64,000 nucleotides of DNA from an uncultured Verrucomicrobiae bacterium (GCA_943788245.1 CALSPN010000003.1:3548-67547), one strand, 5' to 3'. Counted from the first letter of the stretch, positions 31,511-42,713 are shown. Numbers and translations: made by a program. Notes: generated from the sequence alone by a model not told the origin.

Positions 31511-32761
31511 TCATTCATCAAAGGACCATCGAATGAGCTGGTTTCGCTCTTTGACGAGTAAACTGTCTGCCCAGAGAACTGGAGGAGCCCACGTGGGGCC
31601 TGATGCCACATCATATGACCTGATTTTTTGGAATTCTTCGGAGCTCGCTTCAATTACCCAGAATCTGCCGTCGTTGATCAGAACTCCAATGTGGTTTTCC
31701 ATGGCCAGAAGGCATGCGTTCTCTCCTGTTCTTGAAGGTCCCTGCCATAAAATGTCACCCGAAGTGGTGTCCATACAAAAAAGTTGACCAAGGCCAAAGT
31801 GAGAAAAACCGAACAGGTGGTTTCCATGCACGATGGCTGTGCTCATGTCCAGTGCGACTCGTTTCTGGTGCCATCCTTCTTCCACCCTCCAGGTGCTTCC
31901 CTCCAATGTGGGCAGCACTTGTCTTATACCGCGATTTTCACCTCCTACCAAAATAGCTCCATTATGAAAGGTGGGGGTAGGCATGTTTTGATTAGATCCG
32001 ATGTGAGGAAGAGGGAATCTCCAATGCATTTGTCCGGATGTCATATCGACTCCAATGAGCGCATTGTGGTTCCATTCAATGAGCTGATCTGTATCCTTAA
32101 TTCTAGCTGTGATAGGCGACGAATAACAGGCGCCATCATCGCCTAAACGCCATATTGGTTCCCCGGATTCAACGTTGAAGGCCAAAAGCATTCCTTCATC
32201 GTCGTTGCCAAATCGAACCATGATTTTTTCTCCATGAACTATTGGTGACATGCTTGCACCCCAGTAGGGAGTTGTCTTCTCAAAACGTTGGCTTTCATCA
32301 TGTCGCCACAGCAGTTCTCCGGAATCCATGTCCCAGGCGGAAAGTTCTCCGGTGATGCTGAAGGTGAACAAACGGCCATCAGCCAGGCTGGGACACGATT
32401 TGGGGCCTCTTCCATGACCTTCGCCACCGTTGCCCATTTTGAAATTTACCAAGTGCTCGTTTTTCCAGATTTCTTTTCCAGTTGCAAAATCGATTTTCCT
32501 GACAACCTCATGGCCGTTCTGTCTGGAGTGTTGGTAGATTTGACCATCGTGGACCAGGGGAGAGCCATATCCGTCTCCTACTTGAATACTCCAGACTTTT
32601 TGGAGTTTGTCTGGCCAGATTACCGGTTCCTTGAAGTGATTAACTCTGCCGTTACGTCCAGGGCCCAGAAGGCCTGGCCAGTTTAATGTGGCACCCATGA
32701 GAGGCATGGACAGTATGCTGCCAGCCAGGGTGGCGATCAGGTAGCTCTTGAAAAAATACAT
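31511..32761 (-). CDS. PQQ-binding-like beta-propeller repeat protein
   Basis: Signal peptide, NWPGLLGPGRNG, GDGYGSP, TGKEIW-type blades, C-terminal TWAPPV. Confidence 0.85.
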   Translation of the reverse strand: MYFFKSYLIATLAGSILSMPLMGATLNWPGLLGPGRNGRVNHFKEPVIWPDKLQKVWSIQVGDGYGSPLVHDGQIYQHSRQNGHEVVRKIDFATGKEIWKNEHLVNFKMGNGGEGHGRGPKSCPSLADGRLFTFSITGELSAWDMDSGELLWRHDESQRFEKTTPYWGASMSPIVHGEKIMVRFGNDDEGMLLAFNVESGEPIWRLGDDGACYSSPITARIKDTDQLIEWNHNALIGVDMTSGQMHWRFPLPHIGSNQNMPTPTFHNGAILVGGENRGIRQVLPTLEGSTWRVEEGWHQKRVALDMSTAIVHGNHLFGFSHFGLGQLFCMDTTSGDILWQGPSRTGENACLLAMENHIGVLINDGRFWVIEASSEEFQKIRSYDVASGPTWAPPVLWADSLLVKERNQLIRWSFDE

Positions 32762-32912
32762 TGGTATCGAGTGTCAGGTTTGGAGCGCCTTTGAAATGAG
32801 GAGGCATTTTCATGCCGCAATAGCGTGTTGATGGTGTTTTCCTGTTGTTTCTGCGCTCAAGATTGGGTGGTCATCAGTGACCTTCTTTCGTTTGTCTCAG
32901 CATGTTTTGTTT

Positions 32913-34790
32913 CTAGTAGAAGTAGAATAAAATGAACACGGCACATGACGCCAAAATGCCAGCGAGGTAACGGTCATCGATGCCTTTTTCATTGTCTTTG
33001 CGTTGAGACTGTTTAACGCTGAAAACGATAATACACAGTGTCCAGCATGATCCAAAAATGGCGGCAACCGCGGGCGTTATAAAGTTGTTGACCATGCAGG
33101 ATCCTAAGCCCGCAAAAACAAGGACACTCAACAAAAGACGCTTACCATAGGAAGCGAGTTGTTCCTTTGAAATCAAGCCTAGTCCATGCCAGGTGAGCTG
33201 ACTTTTTCGTTCGTCTGTCATTGTAAGTTTACTCACAATGACATGGGCCAGGGTAGACACGATTGCGGCCACAAACACAGCGTGGAAAAAGTTGAGATTC
33301 TGACCGAACATGGATGCAATGGTTTTGTTATGTCCCAGTGTCATGGCATAAAGTGGAGGAAGACCATAGGAAACCACCAAGCCTGTAATAATGGCGGCAA
33401 ATCCTCCTGTGGCAGTGGCACCTTTCCAGAGCATCCCCACACCAAAGGCAACCACCAATCCAGCGATTAACCTACTTTGATGGCTGGCCACATAGGTGAA
33501 AAACGGTTTTTCGCTGTTTGGGTCGAAGATAAAGATTGTCAAAAATGCAGAGCCAATGACAAAAAGCAAAATACATTGGCGACCCACACGAATCAACTGC
33601 TTGTCGGTGGCCTCTGGGTTGATAAAACGTTTGTAAACATCAAAGGTGATCAGTGTGGCGGCGGAGTTTAGCATGGAGTCCACGCTCGACAGGATCGCAC
33701 CTATCAATCCAGCAGCGACCAGACCTGCAAGCCCCCAACCGACAGGTGCGACGACTTCTCTCATTAACATGGGGAAAGCCGTGTCTCCATCCACAGGTAC
33801 ACCTGGCATCGTAGCCTGAAAGTAATAAAATGCGGCAACGCCGGTTCCAATGGAAATAAATGGGATGATTAATTTGAAGAAACCGGCAGTGACGATTCCA
33901 ATGCGTGCTTCCCGGTCTGAGCGTGCAGCTAATGCACGTTGGACGATAAACTGGTTTGCGCTCCAGTAATAAAAATGAAGGATCAATAATCCACTCAGCA
34001 TGCCTGTCCAGGGTCGCCCCGGATGATTCATGGGAAGGTAAAGGTGCATAAGGTCCTTGCCTTTTGCGTCCAATGCTCTCATTCCTGACCATCCGCCAAT
34101 CTCTGCTTGACCAAAAGTCAGATAAGCCACCAATGCTGCTCCTCCCAGCATGAGAACAGATTGGATCACATCCGTGATGATGACTGCTTTCAATCCTCCG
34201 AAAATGGTGTAAGAGCCAGCTACAACAGCCATTACCAAAATGCCGATGATATAGGTTGTATAATTGATTTGAATTTTTGCCGAATTACCTGCTGCTGCAG
34301 AGTCCAGGGCTGCCTGAATTTGGGATTGATCCACAAGTAATATGTTTAATGAGCGGGATCCAATGTAAAATGCTGGCACCATCATGATCACAACGATGAT
34401 CGTGATCATGATGATGGCATAAGCAACGCGAGAGCGGTCATCATAGCGTCGGCTCAGATAATCGCTTAAAGTATAAATGTTGAGTTTGCGATAAACGGGA
34501 AGAAAGAAGTAGCACAGTAAGAGCAGTCCTGCGATTGCCGTGATTTCGAAATGACTTTCAACAAAACCCAGACTGAATCCAACTCCCATCATGCCAACGA
34601 TGTGATTGGCCGAAACATTGGATCCGAAAATCGAGCCAGCCACTCCCCACCATCGAGCGTCTTTTCCTGCCAGGTAAAAATCCTCGGCGGTTTCCTCTTT
34701 TCTTCCTGCCCACAGTCCGATGATCATCACTAAAATCAGGGAACCAAAGAAAATAGTAAAATCCAATGGCGACAAAAGCTGCTGGTTCAT
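32913..34790 (-). CDS. Sodium:solute symporter (SSS) family transporter
   Basis: DFYLAGK, SNVSANHIVGMMG, GGLKAVIITDVIQ, NQFIVQRALAA, AILSSVDSMLNS. Confidence 0.92.
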   Translation of the reverse strand: MNQQLLSPLDFTIFFGSLILVMIIGLWAGRKEETAEDFYLAGKDARWWGVAGSIFGSNVSANHIVGMMGVGFSLGFVESHFEITAIAGLLLLCYFFLPVYRKLNIYTLSDYLSRRYDDRSRVAYAIIMITIIVVIMMVPAFYIGSRSLNILLVDQSQIQAALDSAAAGNSAKIQINYTTYIIGILVMAVVAGSYTIFGGLKAVIITDVIQSVLMLGGAALVAYLTFGQAEIGGWSGMRALDAKGKDLMHLYLPMNHPGRPWTGMLSGLLILHFYYWSANQFIVQRALAARSDREARIGIVTAGFFKLIIPFISIGTGVAAFYYFQATMPGVPVDGDTAFPMLMREVVAPVGWGLAGLVAAGLIGAILSSVDSMLNSAATLITFDVYKRFINPEATDKQLIRVGRQCILLFVIGSAFLTIFIFDPNSEKPFFTYVASHQSRLIAGLVVAFGVGMLWKGATATGGFAAIITGLVVSYGLPPLYAMTLGHNKTIASMFGQNLNFFHAVFVAAIVSTLAHVIVSKLTMTDERKSQLTWHGLGLISKEQLASYGKRLLLSVLVFAGLGSCMVNNFITPAVAAIFGSCWTLCIIVFSVKQSQRKDNEKGIDDRYLAGILASCAVFILFYFY

Positions 34791-34797
34791 AAGTCAA

Positions 34798-34827
34798 AGA
34801 TTAGACCGAGGTATAAAGATACGTCAA
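34798..34827 (-). promoter_or_regulatory. Putative leaderless sigma70 promoter of the SSS gene
   Basis: Minus strand TTGACG-18 nt-TAATCT-7 nt-ATG. Confidence 0.6.
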
Positions 34828-35258
34828 TCATCCTAATGTAGCCGTCCGATCGTGAGTTGACTCTATGATCGGGGGATCGATTGGGGCAGGTTTGCGGGAG
34901 GGATTTTGGGAGAGATTTGAATTATATCCACTTGGTTAAAGGTCACCTTGCGATAAACACTGCTGATTCAGGCCCGCGACCGCGATGCGTCAAACGCTAA
35001 CCTGTCGCCATTGTGAATGCCGATGCAGGAACCTGCGTGTCAGGCAGGCAGGGCTTTCCTCAAGAGACCAGAAAATCGATGACTGTCATCATTGTTGTGG
35101 TCGAAATACAGCTTACAAAGCCGTCCATCACGAACTCATTAGATCAAATAGAACCCGATTGGCTTGATTCGTGTTCAGAATGAGGAATTTCGCCCAACGG
35201 ATTCCTCTAGAAATCCACTTGCCATTGCTGCCTTTGAAGGAATACTCTTACCTCTGAT

Positions 35259-35642
35259 ATGGAATCGCAAATTGCGGAATATATACCTGTTTTGATGCTT
35301 GGTCTGGTGGCAGCAGCTTTTGCCTTTGGGACGCTTATTTTCTCGGCCTTGGTAGGCAAGAAAGGGCACCGCTCAAAGATCAAAGATACTGCCTATGAAT
35401 GCGGTATGCTGCCGATCGGGCCAGCAAGTGCTCGGTTTTCAGTTAAATTTTATCTGGTTGCGATGTTGTTCATTCTTTTCGATGTGGAAGTCGTTTTTCT
35501 TTTTCCCTGGGCGGTTGTTTACAAGGAAATGCTTCTCGAAAATGCCCATTTGATCTTTGGTTCGATGATGGTTTTTCTAGGATTGTTCCTGGTTGGGTTT
35601 ATTTACGAACTCAAAAAGAAAGCTTTCGATTGGAAAAATTAA
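35259..35642 (+). CDS. nuoA: NADH-quinone oxidoreductase subunit A
   Basis: TAYECGM, FSVKFYLVAMLFILFDVEVVFLFPWAV, YELKKKAFDW. Confidence 0.95.
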   Translation: MESQIAEYIPVLMLGLVAAAFAFGTLIFSALVGKKGHRSKIKDTAYECGMLPIGPASARFSVKFYLVAMLFILFDVEVVFLFPWAVVYKEMLLENAHLIFGSMMVFLGLFLVGFIYELKKKAFDWKN

Positions 35643-35677
35643 CTGTTTTGAGACAGTAGCATCTCAATCCTCCTGAC

Positions 35678-37111
35678 ATGGATTCCATCAAATTTGGCAC
35701 ATCTGGCTGGCGCGGGATCATTGCCCGCGACTTCACCTTCGCTAATGTCGCCCTCGTGGCCCAGGCCATCGCTGATTATTTGAAAAGCGAGCTCAAGCGT
35801 AAAAAGTCTGAAATCAAAGGACGCAGGCCTATTGTGGTTCTGGGACACGATGCCCGCTTCATGGGGCCTGAGTTTGCAACGACAGTCGGTGAAGTGCTCT
35901 CTAAAAACGGATTGATCCCCTTGCTTTGCGAACGAGATGCTCCGACACCGGTGATCGCCCACTCCATCCGTGCTCGAAAAGCGATTGGCGGAATCAATAT
36001 GACAGCCAGTCATAATCCAGCCGAATATCAGGGACTGAAATTTTCGACTCACCGTGGAGCTCCCGCACCTCAAGATGTCACCGGGAAAATCGAAAAAAAC
36101 ATCGAGAAACTCCAGAACAGAGGATGGGCGTGGAAAGTCAGCGATCCGGGAGTTTTCAAATGCAAAACCATTGACCCCCGCGATAGCTACTTCAAGCAGG
36201 TTCGTAGCATCATTGATTTTAAAAAAATCAAGCGGGCAAAACTTAAAGTCGCTGTGGAGTGCATGTATGGTACTGGTCGCGGTTATCTGGATACACTGCT
36301 CAATGAAGCTGGCTCCAAAACAACTTTATTCCACGATTATCTGAATCCCGGTTTCGAAGGTCGACACCCCGAACCCAACGAGAAAGGCATGGAGGATGCG
36401 CGTGAATGCGTGTTATCTGGTGAAGCCCAGCTTGGTCTGGGATTGGATGGTGACGCCGACCGTTTTGGTATTGTAGATCAAGATGGTACTTGGTTGACCC
36501 CTAACCAGATCCTCTCGCTGGCACTTTATCATCTCGCCAAAAACCGCAAATGGACTGGAGCAGTCGTCCGCACCGTCCCTACAAGCCATCAGGTGGACGA
36601 TGTTGCCAATATGTTTGGCATCAAGGTGCACGAGACTCCAACAGGTTTTAAGCACATTGGAGCTTTGATGGAATCTGAGGACATCATTGTTGGAGGCGAG
36701 GAGTCCGGCGGCTTGAGTGTCAAAGGGCACGTTCCTGAAAAAGATGGTGTTGTCGCTTGTCTTTTGATGGCGGAGTTATATGCCTACGAGAAAAAACCTC
36801 TCGGTGAGGTCCTCAAAGATATTGAAAAGGTGACTGGTCCTTACTACACCGACCGAATCAATGTCCGCATTCCTGCTGAACAAAAATCGGCCCTTCTAAA
36901 CCGCCTGTCCAAAGGGCTCGAGAAAGTTGGGCGTCAGAAGGTAGAAAAATTCATCAATATCGACGGTTATAAATTTCTTCTTCCCGGGCAGGAATGGGTC
37001 GCGTTTCGTGCAAGTGGAACCGAACCCCTGATCCGATGCTATATAGAAGCCAAATCTGAAGCCGGGCTAAACACCCTCGTTCGAGCCTGCAAAAAAATCC
37101 TCAAAGGATAA
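35678..37111 (+). CDS. Phosphoglucomutase/phosphomannomutase family protein
   Basis: IKFGTSGWRG, TASHNP, DGDADR, GGEESGG, RASGTEP. Confidence 0.95.
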   Translation: MDSIKFGTSGWRGIIARDFTFANVALVAQAIADYLKSELKRKKSEIKGRRPIVVLGHDARFMGPEFATTVGEVLSKNGLIPLLCERDAPTPVIAHSIRARKAIGGINMTASHNPAEYQGLKFSTHRGAPAPQDVTGKIEKNIEKLQNRGWAWKVSDPGVFKCKTIDPRDSYFKQVRSIIDFKKIKRAKLKVAVECMYGTGRGYLDTLLNEAGSKTTLFHDYLNPGFEGRHPEPNEKGMEDARECVLSGEAQLGLGLDGDADRFGIVDQDGTWLTPNQILSLALYHLAKNRKWTGAVVRTVPTSHQVDDVANMFGIKVHETPTGFKHIGALMESEDIIVGGEESGGLSVKGHVPEKDGVVACLLMAELYAYEKKPLGEVLKDIEKVTGPYYTDRINVRIPAEQKSALLNRLSKGLEKVGRQKVEKFINIDGYKFLLPGQEWVAFRASGTEPLIRCYIEAKSEAGLNTLVRACKKILKG

Positions 37112-37147
37112 AGCTCCAGCACAACATTCAAATACACTTAAAAATTA

Positions 37148-38401
37148 ATGAGTCACAAGTCATCTGACATGACGTGGCCCACCGTGCACCTTCGTCACGG
37201 TGAGGCACAACGTATCCAAGCTGGGCACCCATGGGTTTACTCCCGCAACATTCAAAAAGTCACGCAGGAACCTGAAGATGGAGATGTCGTTCAAGTAAGG
37301 GACCACCGTCGCCGGTTTCTTGGTTTGGGCTTCTTCAATTCAAAATCAAAAATACGAGTGCGTTTGATTTCAAGGTCGAAGCTTGAAGTCAATCAGTCGT
37401 TCTTTGAGGCGAAGCTGCAGACCGCCTTGAATTGGCGGCATAAACATTTGACTGATCGCGAATGTTTTCGCCTGGTCAATGCGGAAAGTGATGGGTTGAG
37501 TGGCTTGATTGTAGATAATTACGATGGTGTGCTGGTTGTGCAAACCAGTTCACTGGGAATGGATCAACGTCTCCCACAAATTGTGGGCGCACTGAAAAAG
37601 TTGATGAGCCCCAAGCGTATTCTTGAGCGCAATGATTCCACCGGGCGTCGCATGGAGGGACTCGAAGAGCGGCATTCCATATTGTACCAGCGTGAATCCG
37701 AGAACTCTGATACTGAGATGATTGTAAAGATGAATGGTTTGGATTGGCGGATTGATACGAAAAAAGGTCACAAAACAGCCGCTTATCTGGATCAATACGA
37801 AAATTACCAGCAAGTTGCCAATCTGGTTGCACGTATGGATGCTCCGAAGGTGCTGGATTGCTTCAGTTTCATGGGAGGGTTTGCTCTTCATTCCGCCAAG
37901 GCGGGAGCAACGGAGGTTACTGCCATCGATCAGAGCGAGGATGCGCTTGATGCAGCTACCAGCAACGCGCAATTGAATGGACTCTCACAGCGATGTGAAT
38001 GGGTACACGGCAATGTGTTCGATTGGCTCAAGGTCATGACTGCCAAAAAAGACAATGAGGAAGCTTTGGAAGATGGGCCTCGCTATGACCTCATTATCTT
38101 GGACCCGCCTTCCTTTACCAGGAGTCGTGCATCAGTGCCTGATGCTCTGCGCGGTTACAAGGAAATCCATTTACGTGCCATGCGCTTGTTGAAGCCTGAT
38201 GGAGTGATGGCTACATTTTGCTGTTCGCATCATATTGATCCCTTGACATTTGAGGGGACGGTCTTGAGCGCGGCATTTGATAATCGATGTACCTTGCGGC
38301 GAGTGGGAACCTATGGCCAGCCAGCGGATCACCCTATCGTTCCATCTATCCCTGAGACAGAATACCTTAAGGGTTTCGCCTACCAGCGTTTGGAATATTA
38401 G
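37148..38401 (+). CDS. RlmI-like class I SAM-dependent rRNA methyltransferase with PUA-like domain
   Basis: GHPWVY, ESDGLSGLIVD, GHKTAAYLDQ, VLDCFSFMGGF, LIILDPPSF, PETEYLKG. Confidence 0.9.
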   Translation: MSHKSSDMTWPTVHLRHGEAQRIQAGHPWVYSRNIQKVTQEPEDGDVVQVRDHRRRFLGLGFFNSKSKIRVRLISRSKLEVNQSFFEAKLQTALNWRHKHLTDRECFRLVNAESDGLSGLIVDNYDGVLVVQTSSLGMDQRLPQIVGALKKLMSPKRILERNDSTGRRMEGLEERHSILYQRESENSDTEMIVKMNGLDWRIDTKKGHKTAAYLDQYENYQQVANLVARMDAPKVLDCFSFMGGFALHSAKAGATEVTAIDQSEDALDAATSNAQLNGLSQRCEWVHGNVFDWLKVMTAKKDNEEALEDGPRYDLIILDPPSFTRSRASVPDALRGYKEIHLRAMRLLKPDGVMATFCCSHHIDPLTFEGTVLSAAFDNRCTLRRVGTYGQPADHPIVPSIPETEYLKGFAYQRLEY

Positions 38402-38404
38402 CAT

Positions 38405-39494
38405 TCACAGCTTGAGGATCTGGCGCTGCCATTGCATGAGTTCGCTGGTGGCCTTTTCGGCGTCGTTTAGTCCCAGTCGAGTCAGAGTGGCCTTGCTTGC
38501 AATGATTGACGGGTCAAGATTCAGGGTTTCCGCAGCATCGTCACGTATGGATTTCAACCGATCTGCACGGCGTTTCTCCTCATCCGTGGTGCGGAAACGC
38601 TCCGTTTTGATACGGTTTGGATAATCTTGAGCCTTGATTGTCAAAGATTTATTGATGGCTTTTTCAAGACCATGACGTCTCCTTTGAGACAAGCGGCGAG
38701 GAAGCAGGCTTCCCCATTTTTCATTATTCGCTGCGCTTATTGCGATGGCCACACTCAAGTCGTGGTTCAAAACGAAAAAAGGAGGGCGATTCGCCTGAAC
38801 AGCCTCATTTTCTCGCCAGTAGTAGATTGCTTTGAGCACAGCCAATTCTCGTCGGGACATCTTCTGGCTTCCTTTGATGCGCCACTCGCGGTCTGAGGTA
38901 TCCTTCTCAGGCAAGCAGGCTTGATCGATCACTTTCTGGCTGATTTCATGCAGCCATTCAAGTCGACCGAGTTTTGTTAATTCCTCCCGCATCAAATGGG
39001 TGAGTTGATGAAGGTAAAAGACGTCGTTCAGCGCATATTGGGCCATGGCTGGCGTCAAAGGCCTTATGCCCCAGTTTGCCGTTTGAGGACCTTTCTCGAG
39101 TTGCACGTTGAAGTAGTGTTTTACGAGGAATTCCAAGCCAAAGCGCTCATGACCTACCATGCGCGCCGCCCACATGGTGTCGAAGACTTGAGAGGGGGCG
39201 GAACCCAAATCTTTTGTAAAGCAAGCGCAAGTCGTAGTCCGCAGCATGAAAAATTAAAATTTTATCTTGAAAGGCTTCCAACAACGGGCAGCAATCAACA
39301 TCCGAGAGCGGATCGACCAGCCAGCTGCTTTTCTGGGTGCGGATCTGCAGAAGACAAATCTTTTCCGGATAAGCATGCATGCTGTCCGCTTCGGTATCGA
39401 GAGCGATTTCACTCGCTTTGGACACGGCTTGCACCACCTCTTTCAACCGAAGGTCATCGTCGATCAAGCAGGTTTCATCTGGAGTAATCTTCAT
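38405..39494 (-). CDS. rnd: Ribonuclease D (DEDD exonuclease + HRDC); apparent frameshift
   Basis: ALDTEADSMHAY..ICLLQ, FHAADYD, FDT, NWGIRPL..YALNDV, WRE..A..NRPPF. One extra base in the G5 run at 39194-39198 splits FGFRPSQVFD. Confidence 0.88.
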
Positions 39495-39607
39495 CGTTTT
39501 TAAATGGTCGAGCCGGAATAAGCATCACCGACAACCTAATATGTAGATGTTTGTCATAGAGGTTTGCAAAACAAAATAACTTGGATGAGTAAAGTCTTGT
39601 TCTCAGA

Positions 39608-41102
39608 ATGCTCCCCATGAATTTGGCAAATGCACTCATAGATGCTTTTCAAAGGCATCCAGAAAAGGCTGCAATTTACTGGGGAGGTGAAATAATTACC
39701 TATACCCAAATAGTTGAGGAATCAGATTGGATTAGGGATTATTTATTGAAGGAGTGCCAGGTGAACCCTGGGGATCGAGTTGCGCTTTGGATGAAGAATA
39801 CACCCGAATTTATTTCTATTCTCTATGGTGTATTGCGAGCTGGTGCGGTGGTTGTACCCTTGAATCATTTTCTGACCGCACCTGAGGCCGAACTCATTTT
39901 AAGGGATTCAGGAGCCAAGGTGATTTTTGTAGATGATGCCATGTACAAGGGGGCCAACAGCATGCGTGAAGTGCTTCCTGAAGTTAATCTTTGCCACATT
40001 AAAAACCTTAGCGCTGGATCTTCTGAAACTGAACAATGCATGCACACGGCTTCGGTTAAAGACGAGGATGATCTGGCACTGATCATATACACCAGTGGAA
40101 CGACGGGTAGGTCAAAAGGAGCAATGCTTACGCATGGGAACCTTGCGCACAACGTGAACAGCTGCGTAAAGACGATGCGCGTCTCTGAGACTGATAAGAT
40201 TGTGCTGCTATTACCCATGTTTCACAGTTTTATGGTAACTGTAGCCATTCTGCTGCCTATCAAGGTTGGGGGCTCTATTGTGCTGATCCAATCCTTGCAT
40301 CCTCCCAAAAATATCCTGCAAGAAATCATTGCCGCGGAGGCCACTATCTTACCGGCAATACCTCCTTTTTACCGTGCATTCGCTTCCTCCTCCTTGCCGC
40401 AATTGCCCTTGCGCCTATGTATCAGTGGTGCTGCTCCTTTGCCCAGAGAGGTCCTTAAAAAATTTAATCGTCAATCGAATATGAGCCTGATTGAGAGTTA
40501 TGGGCTAAGTGAGGCCAGTCCGGTCGTGACACTTAATCCAGTAGACGGCCCCTGGAAAGCTGGCTCGATAGGGCTTCCAATTCATGATGTTGCTGTAGCG
40601 ATCATGAATGAACAGGGGCAGGAAGTTCCAACGGGGCAAACAGGCGAGCTCTGGGTCAAGGGGGGGCAACGTGATGAAAGGCTACTGGAATCGCCCTGAA
40701 GCATCAGCAGAAGCCTTGTGTCATGGTTGGCTCAGGACGGGTGATATGGGGCACGCAGATGAAGAGGGATACATCTATGTCACGGACCGGAAAAAAGACA
40801 TGTTGCTGGTTAATGGGATCAATGTGTATCCGCGTGAAATAGAGGAATTGATTTATGAATGCGAAGGCGTGAAGGAAGTTTCAGTAGTGGGGCAAATCGA
40901 TCAACGTAAGGGAGAATTACCGGTTGCATTCATCGTGATGGAAGATGGTTGCAATCAAAACACCCATGCGATACTGGAAGCGTTAAAGCCAAGGCTAGCA
41001 GCTTATAAAATTCCGCGGAGAATCCTTTTTGTTGGAAAACTGCCACGCAATGCAACAGGCAAGGTGTTGAAGACTGTTTTGCGTAAGCAGCTGCGGGCTT
41101 AA
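39608..41102 (+). CDS. Long-chain fatty acid--CoA ligase family (AMP-binding) protein; apparent frameshift
   Basis: YTSGTTGRSKG, SYGLSE, GELWVKG, GWLRTGD, DRKKD, PRNATGK. The G7 run at 40660-40666 has one extra G (KGGNVMKGYW). Confidence 0.9.
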
Positions 41103-41274
41103 ACTTCCGAGTTCCCCTTCAAGCGGGTTCTTTCGGTGTCATTCATGACTCACTTGACTGGGATTTTCTTTCTGATGCTCAGGTTTGCTCAAGGTTTCAT
41201 AATCATCATCAGGCCAGTGTAGTTGGAAAATTTCAGGAGCTTGCCAATATGATTCAGGTTGGCAAGAATGAAGC

Positions 41275-42450
41275 ATGTTCCTATTTATTAAATCTTCGAG
41301 ATTGTCTGTCAGAAGCATAGGAATCTTGTTCCTCCTATGGAGCGCTTTTGTCCACGCAGAGCGCGCCAGGGATTGGGGGATTCCATTCGTTGGAAAGCCT
41401 GGTCCTCAAAATGCGATCACCGATGTCCAAGGTGTGTTGGTAGGACACTGCACTTTGATAGAGGGCAGCGGTGACTTACATGTGGGCAAAGGTCCCATAA
41501 GGACAGGTGTCACGGCCATTTTGCCGAGTGGAAAGGCTTTCAGACCCGTATTTGCCGCGTGCGACACACTCAACGGTAATGGGGAAATGACCGGGACAAC
41601 TTGGGTGAATGAGTCTGGTTTTCTTGAAGAACCTCTGCTTTTAACCAATACGCACAGTGTCGGAAATGTCTATGAGGCAGTGATCCATTGGCGTCGTCAA
41701 GCGGGATATCATGATCTCGCTGACCCATTCGGTTGGGCCTCTCTTCCGGTTGTGGCTGAAACATGGGATGGTCGCTTAAACGATATTCATGGGCATCACA
41801 TACGGCAGGAGCATGTCTTTAAGGCCCTCAATTCCGCCCGATCAGGTGCTGTTGATGAGGGTAACGTCGGCGGTGGAACAGGCATGGTTTGTCATCGTTT
41901 TAAGGGGGGGATCGGAACCTCATCGCGTGTAATGAAAAACGGCTATACCCTTGGTGTGTTGGTGCAGGCCAATTATGGTAAGCGTGAAAACCTCACGATT
42001 GCAGGCATCCGCTTGGGGGAACGTATAGCAGGAAGTGAGATGATCATGAATGGGCTTGAGCCTCAGGCGAGCGGGCACTCAATCATTGTGATCATCGCAA
42101 CCGACGCTCCCTTATTGCCGCATCAGTTAAAACGAATTGCTCGCAGGTCTTCCCTGGGTATTGGGCGCACAGGGGGATTTGGAGCTAATTCGAGTGGAGA
42201 TTTGTTTTTGGCTTTTTCTACCTTTCAAATTGGCAAAACCTCTAACAAAGGACTGAGTCAAGTCAGTATGCTTTCCAATAGCCAGCTGGATGCCTTTTTT
42301 CTGGCCACTATCCAGTGCGTTGAAGAATCCGTTATCAATGCCATGGTAGCTGCCGAGACGATGGTGGGAATCAATGGAAACACTGTATTTCAACTCCCCA
42401 AGGAGCAGGTCATTCGTATCCTTGATAGGCATGAGATCATTGAGCAATAA
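41275..42450 (+). CDS. DmpA-like P1/S58 aminopeptidase
   Basis: NAITDVQGVLVGH, RTGVTAILP, NGNGEMTG, EGNVGGGTGM, FKGGIGTSSR, SIIVIIATDAP, SGDLFLAFST; signal peptide. Confidence 0.92.
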   Translation: MFLFIKSSRLSVRSIGILFLLWSAFVHAERARDWGIPFVGKPGPQNAITDVQGVLVGHCTLIEGSGDLHVGKGPIRTGVTAILPSGKAFRPVFAACDTLNGNGEMTGTTWVNESGFLEEPLLLTNTHSVGNVYEAVIHWRRQAGYHDLADPFGWASLPVVAETWDGRLNDIHGHHIRQEHVFKALNSARSGAVDEGNVGGGTGMVCHRFKGGIGTSSRVMKNGYTLGVLVQANYGKRENLTIAGIRLGERIAGSEMIMNGLEPQASGHSIIVIIATDAPLLPHQLKRIARRSSLGIGRTGGFGANSSGDLFLAFSTFQIGKTSNKGLSQVSMLSNSQLDAFFLATIQCVEESVINAMVAAETMVGINGNTVFQLPKEQVIRILDRHEIIEQ

Positions 42451-42713
42451 AGGGAGAGACCATGAGAAAGTTGACGAATCAGCCCTATATTTTGCCTTCT
42501 ATTCATGATGGTAGACCTATCCAATAGACTGAATTGGCACTATCGAAGGGTTAATTTTCGTCATAGGCCTTAAGTTTTCGTTCGGATTAATAAATTAATA
42601 GAATCACCATCGGTGTTTTGGGTATCCGTCGGCATGGCTCAGGGATTCTCCATCTTCAATCCTTGCGAACATTGCGATTGACCCTGACATGGGTATTGAG
42701 TTTCGCTAGAGGC

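Noticed and set aside
34985-35167. Cys/His-rich 60-aa ORF as a metallothionein-like peptide
   Set aside because: No initiation signal and no family pattern; Cys/Arg/His richness is typical of off-frame translation.
42462-42527. 21-codon ORF MRKLTNQPYILPSIHDGRPIQ with an SD-like GGGAGA
   Set aside because: No recognisable similarity or conservation evidence; may be chance.
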